From Octopus vulgaris (lineage: Eukaryota): a DNA stretch of 64,000 bases. The notes beneath the pieces are model-generated. The model was not told where the DNA came from. It saw nothing but the letters and a program-made list of their open reading frames with translations, and ran no database searches. Each line of letters opens with the position of its first letter. The first letter of the stretch is position 1. The stretch lies in assembly GCA_951406725.2 (NCBI GenBank), contig OX597831.1, positions 26,598,001 through 26,662,000 of the forward strand. Direction: 5' to 3'. Below, piece by piece: positions 40,223 to 52,485 of this stretch. The position numbers and the translations under genes are program-made.

Positions 40223-40506
40223 ACAGCTCTGAGCTGAAACTAGAGAAAAAAAAATATATGCAGGAATACATTAACTAACATCTCCTTTCCTCCTTAAAGA
40301 AGAATGGGAAGATTCAACTGCTATTTCTACCATTTCATGTGACGATGTACAAGACTCCCTCATTGACTTAGAAATTGTTTGTTTAATTAACAGTGTGTAC
40401 ATTTTTATGTTCCTCTGTCCAAGTGACAAAGACCATCTAGTCATCCTTAAGGATGGTTGATGACTTGCAGAGTGACTTTGTTTAAAGTGAAGAAGAGTTA
40501 TGTATC

Positions 40507-40924
40507 TATTTCTTTTACTACCCACAAGGGGCTAAACACAGAGAGGACAAACAAGGACAGACAAACGGATTAAGTCGATTATATTGACCCCAGTGCGTAA
40601 CTGGTACTTATTTAATTGACCTTGAAAGGATGAAAGGCAAAGTCGACTTCACCGGAATTTGAACTCAGAACGTAGTGGCAGACGAAATACCTATTTCTTT
40701 ATTACCCACAAGGGGCTAAACATAAAGGGGACAAACATGGAAAGACATAGGTATTAAGTCAATTACATCAACCCCAGTGCGTAACTGGTACTTTATTTAT
40801 CGACTCCGAAAGGATGAAAGACAAAGTCGACCTCAGCAGAATTTGAACTCACAATGTAACGGCAGACGAAATACCGCTAAGCATTTCACCCGGTGTGTTA
40901 ACGTTTCTGCCAGCTCCCCACCTT
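40507..40924 (-). mobile_element. SINE family B, dimeric form
   Basis: 17-bp TSD AAGAAGAGTTATGTATC (40490-40506 / 40925-40941). Confidence 0.9.
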
Positions 40925-41601
40925 AAGAAGAGTTATGTATCATCCTCTTCACTCTCTCAAATATGATCCTCTTCAATGCAGTGGCAAAACCAGGTCAAGA
41001 TGACCAGGGATTGTAAGATGGATGAAGTGGATGACCAAGATGTCTTACTTGGATCACCTTGCTCTCCACACTCCACAATGCATTGCTGAAGCCAGCCGCC
41101 TTTCCTTCTGTTGAACCATGAAGGTTTCTTCCAGAGAGTCTGCCAGATCCAGTCTTCACATGCATAGGTAGGTAAGCCCTAATATGCTAATTAACCCATA
41201 ACTGAGACCTTGACAGATGCTGCTACTCTACATCAGTATAGAGTAGATTTTGGAACAAAATGGCTACCACTATCACCACTATCACTACCACCACTACCAC
41301 CACCACCACCACCACAATCACCACCACTGCCACCGCCACCACCAACACCACTACCACCATCACCATTACACATTCCTCAAAACTCAGGAACTCCTAAACC
41401 AGGACCCCACTACTGGATGCTGTTCAAAGTCATACCCAAGACACAATGTCTATATAATGTCTGTCCTGTAGTTTTTATATAGTGTCTGTCTTGCTGTAGT
41501 AATACTAGTATTAGTAGTATTAGTTTTGTTGCAGTAGTAATAGATTTCAGAATAAACTAATAATTCTTTTAACTCTTCAGTATTCAGATTACTGTGTTTA
41601 A

Positions 41602-41822
41602 CCCTTTCGTTACTGTATATATTTCGAGATGCTCTGTGTTTCTTTCAATTACTTTAAATATAATAAATAATTTAGTAAAATAACTTAGTTATCATTCGGC
41701 TAGTGTTAGGAACATAAATTGTAACTAAGGTTTGGTGGAAGATTTTAATTCAAAACTTATGAAAACAAAACATTTGTACTACAGAGCCAGAGCCGGTTTC
41801 AGCCGGGTTGGTATCGAAAGGG
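41602..41822. mobile_element. piggyBac-like MITE family F, copy 1
   Basis: TTAA|CCCTTTCG...CGAAAGGG|TTAA. Confidence 0.85.
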
Positions 41823-42010
41823 TTAAATGCAATCCTTATTTATTCATATTTTATTCAGAATTAATCAGGTATTATTTTGTAGCTTTGAGATTTCATTGAT
41901 GTGATTATATATTTCTAGTATGATATTAAAGGGTAGGTGTAATTGTCTGGATGTGGCTGGTTTAAACATGAAACAGTCAAGAGTATTTTGGCTGGATATG
42001 GCTGGCTTAA

Positions 42011-42226
42011 CCCTTTCAATACCAACCCGGCTGAAACCGCCTCTGGCTCTGTAGTACAAATGTCTTGTTTTCATAAGTTTTGAATTAAAGTCTCCCACCA
42101 AACTTTAGTTGCAATTTATGTTCCTAACACTAGCTTAATGATAACTAAGTTATTTTACTAAATTCTTTGTTAAAATTAATTGAACAAAACACAGAACATC
42201 TCAAACTAAATACGGTAACGAAAGGG
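42011..42226. mobile_element. piggyBac-like MITE family F, copy 2 (inverted relative to copy 1)
   Basis: TTAA|CCCTTTCA...CGAAAGGG|TTAA; reverse complement of copy 1. Confidence 0.85.
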
Positions 42227-43233
42227 TTAAATACTAAAGTGTTTAAAATTGAAAAATATTTGGCTTGCCCTTATGACTGCACTTATATAAGAACTCACTT
42301 CTTTTTAGTGTCTCCCTGGAAGTATCTCCTTTGTAATACCTCTTTGTAGTATCTGGAAGTACCTCCTCCATAGAGTCTATCTAGAAGTGTCTCTTTTGAG
42401 GTAGCTATCTTGTGTCTCATTTGTGTTGTCTACCTGTCAGTTTTCTCCTCCATAGTGTATCTATGCATCTGTGTCTTCTTATTAGTGTCTATCTGGCAAT
42501 GTCCTCTCTATAGTGTCTGTCTTGCAGTGTCTCCTTCCGTAATATCTCCTCTGTTGTGTAATATTTGTTGCGTCTATCTTTTGAGTCTTAGTGTAGTATA
42601 GACACTAAAACCAACACTAAAACTGCAACCACCGTTTCTGTTAACACTCTACCATCACCAGCAATGTCAATACCACCACCACCACCACCACCACCACTAC
42701 TACTACTACCACAGCCATCAACACATGCTGTCTTACACGTTACAAATACACACATATGCGCATACACATGTTTGCCTGCAGAAATGTGTGCACGTGTGTG
42801 CGTGTGTGTATGGAGGTGTAACAATTTTATAAAGTTAACACTGAATCAATCACAATGTTGTCAGTAATTACTTGTTTGCATGTTCCAAAACTATAAGGAA
42901 CAATCGCAGAGAATCATGCCAGCTTTTGTCATTCTTATTCAAATATTTAAAAGAACCAAAATCCATTTGGGATTTTTGTTCAACACATAAAAACTAATCA
43001 TCTCAAAATATTGATTGTTTTATAAAATATTCCCCTTTGATGAATCAGGTAATTATCTGCAGTAATTACTCCAACTTTGATCCACAAAACTTTAACCAAA
43101 ATTTGCCAGGAGATTTCCCATTCAAATCCAATAACTTTGATCAACAAAACTTTAAAAAATATTTTGGGGAGAGAGTTTTGCAAAATCTTTGTGGGTTCAA
43201 GTAACAAAAGAGCAGAGTTATAGTGGGTACTAC

Positions 43234-43810
43234 CTTGCCATATCTTGTCTTAGCCACTTAACTCCTTGATGAGGATCATATCAGTGCCGTTGTGACATGG
43301 GTTATAATGGGTATTGCCTTGCCTTATCTTGTCTTGGCTCCTTGATGAGGGTCATATCAGTGCTGTTGTGACATGGGTTATAATGGGCATTGCCTTGCCT
43401 TATCTTGTCTTGGCTCCTTGATGAGGGTCATATCAGTGCTGTTGTGACATGGGTTATAATGGGCATTGCCTTGCCTTATCTTGTCTTAGCCCCTTAACTC
43501 CTTGATGAAGGTCATATCAGTGCTGTTGTGACATAGGTTATAATGGATATTGCTTTGCCTTACTTAGTCTTTGCCTTACTTAGTCTTTGCCTTTCAAATC
43601 CTTGATGAGAGTCATAACAGTGTTGTTGTGACATACATTATAGGAGTACTGCCTTGCCTTATCTTACCTTGGCCCCTCTATTTGTTGGTGAGGACATATG
43701 GGTACTGTTATGATGTATGTTGTAGTAGGTGTTGCCTTACCATGTCTTGCCTTGAATTTTCAACTCCTTGATGGGGTTATAGGGAAACTGTTGGGACACA
43801 TCATATCTTG
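43234..43810. repeat. 76-bp minisatellite, about seven units
   Basis: Units start at 43317, 43393, 43469 (period 76); flanking units more diverged. Confidence 0.9.
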
Positions 43811-44197
43811 GGTAGTTTCAGGTTAGTACTTGTCTATGCTGTTCAAATACATGCCACTGTCCATTTCGACTTATCTCCCTTGACTCATTTTTGCTTAAAT
43901 TATACACACACACACACATGCACACGCACACATGCATACACACACATGCACGTGTATATATCTTTATCTTTTTCTTGTTTCAGTCATTGGACTGCAGCCA
44001 TGCTGGGGCACTGCCTTGATGTGTTTTGGTGAAATGAACCAACCCCAGTAATAATTTTTTCAAAGCTTGGTACTCATTCTGTTAGTCTCTTTTGTTGAAC
44101 CACTAAGTTACAGTGATGTAAATGTACCTATACTAGCTGTCAAGCGGTGGTGGGGGACAAACACAAAGGCACACACATAATTATATATACATAGACA

Positions 44198-44990
<793 letters not shown>

Positions 44991-44994
44991 TCAT

Positions 44995-45225
44995 CGGCAG
45001 TGAACTGGCAGAAACGTTAGCATGCCGGGCGAAATCCTTAGCGTTATTTTGTCTGTCATTACGTTCTGAGTTCAAATTCCGCCGAGATCGAGTTTGCCTT
45101 TCATCCTTTCGGGGTCGATAAATAAAGTACCAGTTTCGCACTGGGGTTGATGTAATCGACTTAATCCCTTTGTCTGTCCTTGTTTGTCCTCTCTATGTTT
45201 AACCCCTTGTGGGTAGTAGAGAAAT
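44995..45225 (+). mobile_element. SINE family B, monomer
   Basis: Head plus one unit. Confidence 0.85.
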
Positions 45226-45245
45226 ATATATATATATATATATAT

Positions 45246-45438
45246 GTAGGTCCCGGGTTGAGTCGAGGTTAACCACAGTAAATAAGGTACTCAATACATA
45301 GCAGAGTAAATTAATTTATTTTATAGAAGGAGCTTCTACAGGACTAGAACTGTTTCATTCAAAAGAAATCATCAGGAGCTTCCTGATGATTTCTTTTGAA
45401 TGAAACAGTTCTAGTCCTGTAGAAGCTCCTTCTATAAA

Positions 45439-45444
<6 letters not shown>
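45246..45444. mobile_element. Second palindromic hammerhead-bearing element in (TA)n, different family
   Basis: Perfect 64-bp inverted arms 45314-45377 / 45381-45444; AATAAA and tail on the minus arm. Confidence 0.75.
45374..45430 (+). ncRNA. Type I hammerhead ribozyme (predicted)
   Basis: Stem I AGGAGCTTC/GAAGCTCCT (9 bp); CTGATGA 45383-45389; stem II TTC-TTTT-GAA; GAAA 45402-45405; stem III ACAG-TTCTAGTC-CTGT; predicted cut after GTA at 45421. Confidence 0.8.
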
Positions 45445-45477
<33 letters not shown>

Positions 45478-45481
<4 letters not shown>

Positions 45482-45766
45482 TAGTTATTGCCAAGCTAAC
45501 ATGGCAGTCTAGAAAAATAGGACGAATGCTGCCATTGATTAGCTCCAAGAGGCCATCGCCTCTAGCTAGCTATGTGACACACGAACCTGTATCCATTATA
45601 AACTTCAAACAGAGGAGGTCAGCTGCTTCTCCTGTTCGAAGGTTATAGTGGACACAAGTTCGTGTATCACATAGCTAGCTAGAGGTCATGGCCTCTTGAA
45701 GCTAATCAACAGCAGCATTCATCCTATTTTTTGGGACTGCCATGTTAGCTTGGCGATAACTATTAA
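45478..45766. mobile_element. Foldback MITE (almost entirely palindromic)
   Basis: TTAATAGTTATTGCCAAGCTAACATGGCAGTC...GACTGCCATGTTAGCTTGGCGATAACTATTAA; arms ~140 bp, TA flanks. Confidence 0.8.
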
Positions 45767-45854
45767 TATGTGTGTGTGTGTGTGTGTGTGTATAATATAT
45801 ATTATAGATATGTTCCTACACCTGTCTTTGTCTTTTGTTTTTCTATAAAATTTC

Positions 45855-45904
<50 letters not shown>

Positions 45905-45924
45905 TACATTTTTTCTTGCTTGTC

Positions 45925-46265
45925 TTTACCCCTCTGCGAGGTAATTTTATTTTAATTCTCTCGCAGGAAGGCCTAGTTTTTGACGAGTCATGTCCTGTCT
46001 TGCCTTCGAAACACGCTTAAGTCTAACTAGCGACAGCTGATGATTGGGGATTTTTCCTTGTGTAGTATTGTCCTGTACTCTGTTTTTTCTGTTGTAAAAA
46101 AATTTGTTTTTCCCGTTTTTGTTTCTCATTGAGTTCCGTAAAAAAATGGCTTTTCCGTTTTCGTTTCTCATTGAGTTCTACGTCTAGTTGTGGTGTCCTG
46201 TACTCACGTATATATATTTATATATGCATGTATATATACATGTAGATGTAGGTACGTACATATAT
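45925..46265 (+). mobile_element. Family P repeat (related to 2155-2400)
   Basis: Shared 3' blocks; contains GAAAC...GTC...CTGATGA. Confidence 0.55.
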
Positions 46266-46296
46266 GTTTGTATGTATGCATATATTTTATTTATTA

Positions 46297-46344
<48 letters not shown>

Positions 46345-46914
46345 GTTTAAATATATATATACACATCCACACACACATACTTTATGATGTGCTTCTGTGT
46401 CGAATGTATATCCATATAAATTAGGTTTCAAAATCCATGTAACATTAAACTCTCATATTCTTGCACTGCGCATTTAACATTGTATAAAACAGCAAATATT
46501 TAGATTTGCTTTAATATAGAAGAGCCTCATAAAATTGAAATAATCACAGAAAACAAATTATAGATATTTCAAGTCTCTCACTGCAATCTAATAAAATGAT
46601 CTTATAAAATTCCATAACATTATTTTCCTAAAAATTATATAATTTTACAAAACCATTTTGCTGAGCAAAATCTTCAAAAACATAACATAGCTGATATAAT
46701 TTATGGGTCCTGCTTAAGAGCATAAAACATTTTGGTGCCAACTGTTTGGCATCACTGGTGTGATGCTGAATTTTTTCTCATCTTCATCATTGTTGTTAGA
46801 TTCTGTACACTTTTGAAGCACATTGATGACACTACAACAAAGGTCTTTCCCAACTGAGCACAAGTTTTCCCGTCAGATGACACCATGGCATTACTTCATT
46901 CTGATTTACTTACT

Positions 46915-47114
46915 CTTTCTCTCTTTATTCTTTTACTTGTTTCAGTCATTTGACTGCGACCATGCTGGAGCACCGCCTTTAGTCGAGCAAATCGACCCTG
47001 GGACTTATTCTTTGTAAGCCCAGTACTTATTCTATCGATCTCTTTTGCCGAACCGCTAAGTGACGGGGATGTAAACACACCAGCATCGGTTGTCAAGCAA
47101 TGCTACGGGGACAA

Positions 47115-47145
<31 letters not shown>

Positions 47146-47314
47146 CATATACGACAGGCTTCTTTCAGTTTCCGTCTACCAAATCCACTCACAAGGCATT
47201 GGTCAGCCCGGGGCTATAGCAGAAGACACTTGCCCAAGATGCCACGCAGTGGGACTGAACCTGGAGCCATGTGGTTGGTTAGCAAGCTACTTACCACACA
47301 GCCACTCCTGCGCC
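46915..47314 (-). mobile_element. SINE family A, young
   Basis: Reverse complement, near consensus. Confidence 0.9.
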
Positions 47315-47429
47315 TTATAGTGTTTTCTTGGCAGAGATATTGGAGAGGTTTGCCAATGCCTTCCCCCAAACTGGATTGCCATTGGCACACAAGGAGCTCC
47401 TCTGCCCCTTGACAGGTCCTACTGAACAC

Positions 47430-47965
47430 TTGCAATGTCATCTGGATTCTTTATTGCCTATGATAATTTTGTACTGTCAGCATAGCTAGTGACAGAGGTT
47501 GTCTGAGTAACCATAGGCATGTCTGAGAGTAATAGCTCCAAGACAGTTCCCTGGGGGATGCCACTTAGAATCTGAGATTCCTCAGAGAGGGCACCATTGG
47601 CTGCAACTGCCTGACTTCTGTCCTTAAGCAAGTCATGCAACCACTATCCCAGTTTACCTGCTATGCCAAGGTCTTGCAGCTTGTGACATATCAGGCAATG
47701 ATCTACCTTATGAAAGGCCTTTGCAAAGTCACAATATATCACATTGACATCTGAATGGTCAAGCAGCTGTTTCAAAACCCAGTCATAATGCTGTAAGAGC
47801 TGTATGAAGCAGCTTCTTGGATGAAAGCCATGCTGTGTATTGTTCAGACACTCTCAAGAGTGACAAGCTAATCAAGTGGGGAAGCAAGTTTAGTTACTGG
47901 TCACCCAACCATGAAACAGGTTCCACTTGGTTTATATGGTATGTGTAGCAGGTTCCAGCAGCCTG
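47430..47965 (-). pseudogene. CR1/L2-group LINE reverse transcriptase fragment
   Basis: Minus strand VIYCDFAKAFHKVDH, LSGIPQGTVL, SYADS; stops and deletions. Confidence 0.8.
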
Positions 47966-48379
47966 TGATGAGATCCCTGACCTGTCTAATTATTTGACAC
48001 CAAGTGTATTAACCTCATTCTCTCCCTCTCTCTTTCTCTCACCAACTCCTCCCATTCTTCCCCTCACCTGTACCCTTCTCACCCCTCCCCAGTCCCTTTT
48101 CTCCCCCCTCTCTCCTTCTTTCTCCCCCTCACCCTCATTTTCTCCCTCTCTCCTTCTTTCTCCCTCTCCCCTTTCTTTCTCTCTCGCCTCCCCTCTCTCT
48201 GCCCTTGTCTGCCTGTCTTTCTCTCTATCCCAATTTGTTTCTCTCTCTCTGTCTTTCTCTCTTTCTTTCTGTCTCTCTCTCCTTTTCTTTCTCGTTCTCG
48301 CTCACTCTCTTTCTTTCTCTCTCTCTGTTTATGTGTGCTGACATATTTCTATTTATGTGTATCAGGAGAGGGAAAGTTA

Positions 48380-48566
48380 CTTCTTGTTGTTGTCACCACC
48401 ACCACCACAACCACCACCACCACCATCAGCATCATCATCATCATCATCAAAGACATGAGAATGGTATTCCAGGGTTGGTCCCTTTTGGGAAATTCAAAAC
48501 TTTCTATTCCTGAACAAGGAGCCAATATTTGTGATGCAGCTTTTATATTTCCTACGTCAAGGACAT

Positions 48567-48636
<70 letters not shown>

Positions 48637-48641
48637 CAGCG

Positions 48642-48677
<36 letters not shown>

Positions 48678-49135
48678 ATAGTAGTAGCAGCAGCAGCAGC
48701 AGTGATAGTAGTAGTAGTAGTAGTAGTAGCCTTTGTACTGTTGTCATCAGTCTTACTGTAACCACACATCATTAGCATGGCAGCCACCACCACTACCACC
48801 ACCACCACCACCATCACAACCACCACTACCACCACCACCAACAACAACAACAACAACAACATCATTAACACCACTGTGGTTAAGACCATCACTACTACTA
48901 CTACCACCACCACCACAACCATCACCAACACAAACAGCACCACCATCCCTGCTACCTCCACTACTACCGCTAGCACCATTGGTACCACTACCCCTGATAG
49001 CACTAACCCCAATACCATCACTTACCCCATTGCCAACACCATCACAGCCACCACCACAGCAACAGCTACCTCTGCTATCACCACCACCACCACCACCACC
49101 ACCACCACCACCACCACCATCACCACAACTATATC
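48380..49135. repeat. Compound trinucleotide arrays (ACC, ATC, AGT, AGC, AAC)
   Basis: Direct reading. Confidence 0.9.
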
Positions 49136-49221
49136 TAATGCAGCATTTTTACAGTTTTCTCGACATTATGGAATAGATGTAGTTTATCAGTAAAACCTAT
49201 TAATGTGTTATTTAAAAATTT

Positions 49222-49280
<59 letters not shown>

Positions 49281-49509
49281 ATATATATATATATACATAT
49301 ATATACATACATATACATACATATATATACATCACACACATACATACACAAATACATACATACAAGCATACATACATATGTACATACACGCACAAAATAG
49401 TTCTTCTAAATATTAATTAAAAGCAACATCGAAATTCATTAATTCTAAAGATAAGCTAAACTTAATAATCTATAATTATTTTTATTAGTGTTGTTATTCT
49501 TATTATCAT

Positions 49510-49594
49510 AAGTAATAGTAGTAGTAAAAGAAATCATTATTATTAGTGTTGTTGATGTTCATTATTATCATGGTTATCATCATCATCATCATCA

Positions 49595-49679
<85 letters not shown>

Positions 49680-49742
49680 CAGCGGCAGCAGCAGTGGTGG
49701 TGTTGGTGGTGGTGGTGGTGGCGGCGGTGATGTTTTTTACTG

Positions 49743-49804
<62 letters not shown>

Positions 49805-50002
49805 TCTGTGCTTCGAGGTGAGCAAACATGCCAAAACACAGCTCCAAGGAAAATGAATAATTACCAAGTTCCACTGGATGAACATTTTCCTGTTTGGAAT
49901 TTATTTGATAAACAAGATAGTCTTTGGAAAGTTGGAACATCGGAACATCAGAACATCGGAACATCAGAACATCAGAACATCAGAATATCAGAACATTTGA
50001 AT
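49510..50002. repeat. (ATT)n/(AGT)n arrays and a 9-bp (GAACATCRG) tandem at ~49932-50002
   Basis: Direct reading. Confidence 0.85.
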
Positions 50003-50064
50003 ATCTATCTATCCCAACACAGAGAATAGACAAAAGATCTGTCATTAAACACTATTTCTCTCTT

Positions 50065-50275
50065 TCTCTTTTTTACTTGTTTCAGTCATTTGACTGCGGC
50101 CATGCTGGAGCACTGCCTTTAGTCGAGCAAATCGACCCCGGAACTTATTCTTTGTAAGCCCAGTACTTATTCTATCGATCTCTTTTGCCAAACCGCTAAG
50201 TGACGGGGACGTAAACACACCAGCATCGGTTGTCAAGCAATGCTAGGGAGACAAACACAGACACACAAACACACG

Positions 50276-50309
<34 letters not shown>

Positions 50310-50463
50310 ACAGGCTTCTTTCAGTTTCTGTCTACCAAATCCACTCACAAGGCATTCGTCAGCCCGGGGCTATAGCAGAAGACACTTGCCCAAGATTCCA
50401 CACAGTGGGACTGAACCCGGAACCATGTGGTTGGTTAGCAAGCTACTTACCACACAGCCACTC
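50065..50463 (-). mobile_element. SINE family A, young
   Basis: Reverse complement, near consensus. Confidence 0.9.
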
Positions 50464-50930
50464 CAAAAACTTTTCTTCTGTTTCTAGTGTTCGTTAGGAT
50501 TTTTTTTTACTGGTGGGACATTAAAACATATCAACAAGAAAAGATGTAGATAGGTTTTGTGATAGAGAGCTCCATGGATAGCCGGTCATAATGATCTAAT
50601 CCCTTTCTGTTGAAGACACATCCTAGGTGTTACACATGTGGCAGCAATAACTCCCTAGGGTTTCTGGTTGGGAGAGTTGGAAAGATGGAGGAGGTGAGAG
50701 AAAACAGGGCCATAAACAAACCAACACCAGTTGTCAAAGGTGGGGGGGGGGAGACAAACACAGAGGCTAAGATACACACACATGTGCATGCACATGTACA
50801 TGCACACACAGACACAGACACACACACAAAATATCCTGGAAACAGCTGCAAGATTTTCTCTTTACAAATGTTCTGAAATCTTTCACAGCCTTGCATTTTT
50901 GTCTGTTAATTATATATATATATATATATA

Positions 50931-51506
50931 GGTAGTTTTCTCTTGTGCTTAAATGTACACTATTTTATATTGAGAATATGTTGTCTATCGACTTTTTATA
51001 CATGCTAGGCCACTGATGGTGAAATTTCTAAAAATATTTGCCATCTAAAAATATTTACAAATATGATTTTAGCATTTTGAAGATTGGTTTGGCATTATTA
51101 ATTTACTGCTGATTGAAACTGTGCTTGTGCAGTGAATTTTGAAAAATTATAACATATAATGATAAGACACATGCTATTTGTCTCTAAATTATATGTTAAT
51201 TGTTATGGCACAGTTACTGATGAGGATTCGCCTAGCAAATTATTTTATTTGGTGAAGAAATCTGAAACCTAGGTATAACAGTAAAAAAATAACAAGATAA
51301 AAGTTTTTATTTTTCATTCCCTTCGAAAATTGCTCTTAAATGTGGTTTTGGTCATTTTGACTGCTTCTTCTAGCATGTAAAAATTACCTGTAAAAGGTAG
51401 TTTTCTCTTGTGTTTAAATGTACCCTATTTTATATTGAGAATATGTTGTCTATTGACTTTTTATACATGGTGAAATTTCTAAAAATATTCGCCATCCTAT
51501 ATATTT

Positions 51507-51508
<2 letters not shown>
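50931..51508 (+). mobile_element. Partial-tandem (A-B-A) element with central hammerhead; retrozyme/Penelope-like
   Basis: ~110-130-bp direct repeats starting at 50931 and 51396 (period 465); dinucleotide microsatellites on both sides. Confidence 0.7.
51213..51279 (+). ncRNA. Type I hammerhead ribozyme with palindromic stem III (predicted)
   Basis: Stem I GTTA/TAAC; CTGATGA 51217-51223; stem II GGA-TTCGCC...GGTGAA-GAAA-TCT; GAAA 51264-51267; ACCTAGGT palindrome; predicted cut after GTA at 51275. Confidence 0.75.
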
Positions 51509-51560
<52 letters not shown>

Positions 51561-52032
51561 TATATATATAAAATATATTACATATATAATGTATGTTTAT
51601 ATGTGTGTGCATAATATATATATATATATATATATACATGCACATATGTAATATACATTGTGAGAATACTACATCATTCAAAATAATGAAATGAAGAATG
51701 GAGAGAGAGAGTGATATAGAAAGGTATAAAGAAAGAGAGAAAGATATGGTAAGTGGAATAGGAGTGGGATGAGGAATTAAATAATGGAAGTTGTTAGATT
51801 TACCAATGATGTCATCACGAAGACATCGTATTTCATCAGATTGTGTCTGATTTCATGTTTCTATGATGAAGAAACCAAACAAGTGTGGCAGAAATTTAGC
51901 AAAGCAGATTCTTTCACCAATGCCAAGGAACCTGTTGCCACGCTATACTAATAAATCTTTTGTAATTAGTTCCTAATGATATAATGGGGTGACACACAGC
52001 GAACAGTCAAAATACATATATATCCATGTCTT

Positions 52033-52074
<42 letters not shown>

Positions 52075-52446
52075 CTAGCAGTATTGCCCGGCGTTGCTCG
52101 GGTTTGTTTCGACCCTTTAGAATTGGAATTTTTGAAAAGTAAAAATTTTGCATTATGTAGCTTGTTATTCTCTTTAAGTGAACATTTTTCTGGTTGAAGT
52201 ACACCAAAAACTGGTGACACAGCAGTCAAAAAATCGTAAAAAGTAGGGATTTTCATAGAAAAAAAGCACCTTTTTGATGTAAATAATTTTTGGTGTTAAC
52301 ATGGTCCAATTTGAATTTTTTTTCTACAGAAGGAAGAGCAAGCCTTCTTCTATCATACTCTCAATTTTGGTCAACTTTCTCCGCAGGGTCTCGGAGGAGA
52401 GTGTTAGTTGAAGGCTACCAAACCTGCCATACACAGACAACTTCAG

Positions 52447-52452
<6 letters not shown>
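52075..52452 (-). mobile_element. Non-autonomous Helitron-like element
   Basis: Minus-strand 3' end CCCGAGCAACGCCGGG hairpin then CTAG|T; other end runs into (TA)n. Confidence 0.65.

Positions 52453-52482
<30 letters not shown>

Positions 52483-52485
<3 letters not shown>

Larger units (their letters stand above)
41573..42242. mobile_element. piggyBac-like MITE family G hosting two nested family F MITEs
   Basis: G sequence (cf. 29594-29819) resumes after each insertion; TTAA at both outer ends. Confidence 0.75.

Noticed and set aside
40982-41170. Exon-like segment with pyrimidine tract, AG and GTAGGTAAG donor
   Set aside because: All three frames contain stops; no evidence of transcription available.
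43234-43810. CTTGATGAGG in each minisatellite unit as a hammerhead core
   Set aside because: No GAAA partner and no stems II/III.
49140-49200. Degenerate hammerhead on minus strand (CTGATAA..ACAT/ATGT..GAAAAC-T-GTA)
   Set aside because: Core G8 changed, extra bases and mismatched stem I; too decayed to support.
51790-51950. ~52-codon open frame FTNDVITKTSYFIRLCL...ATLY*
   Set aside because: Weak acceptor and no recognisable protein family.
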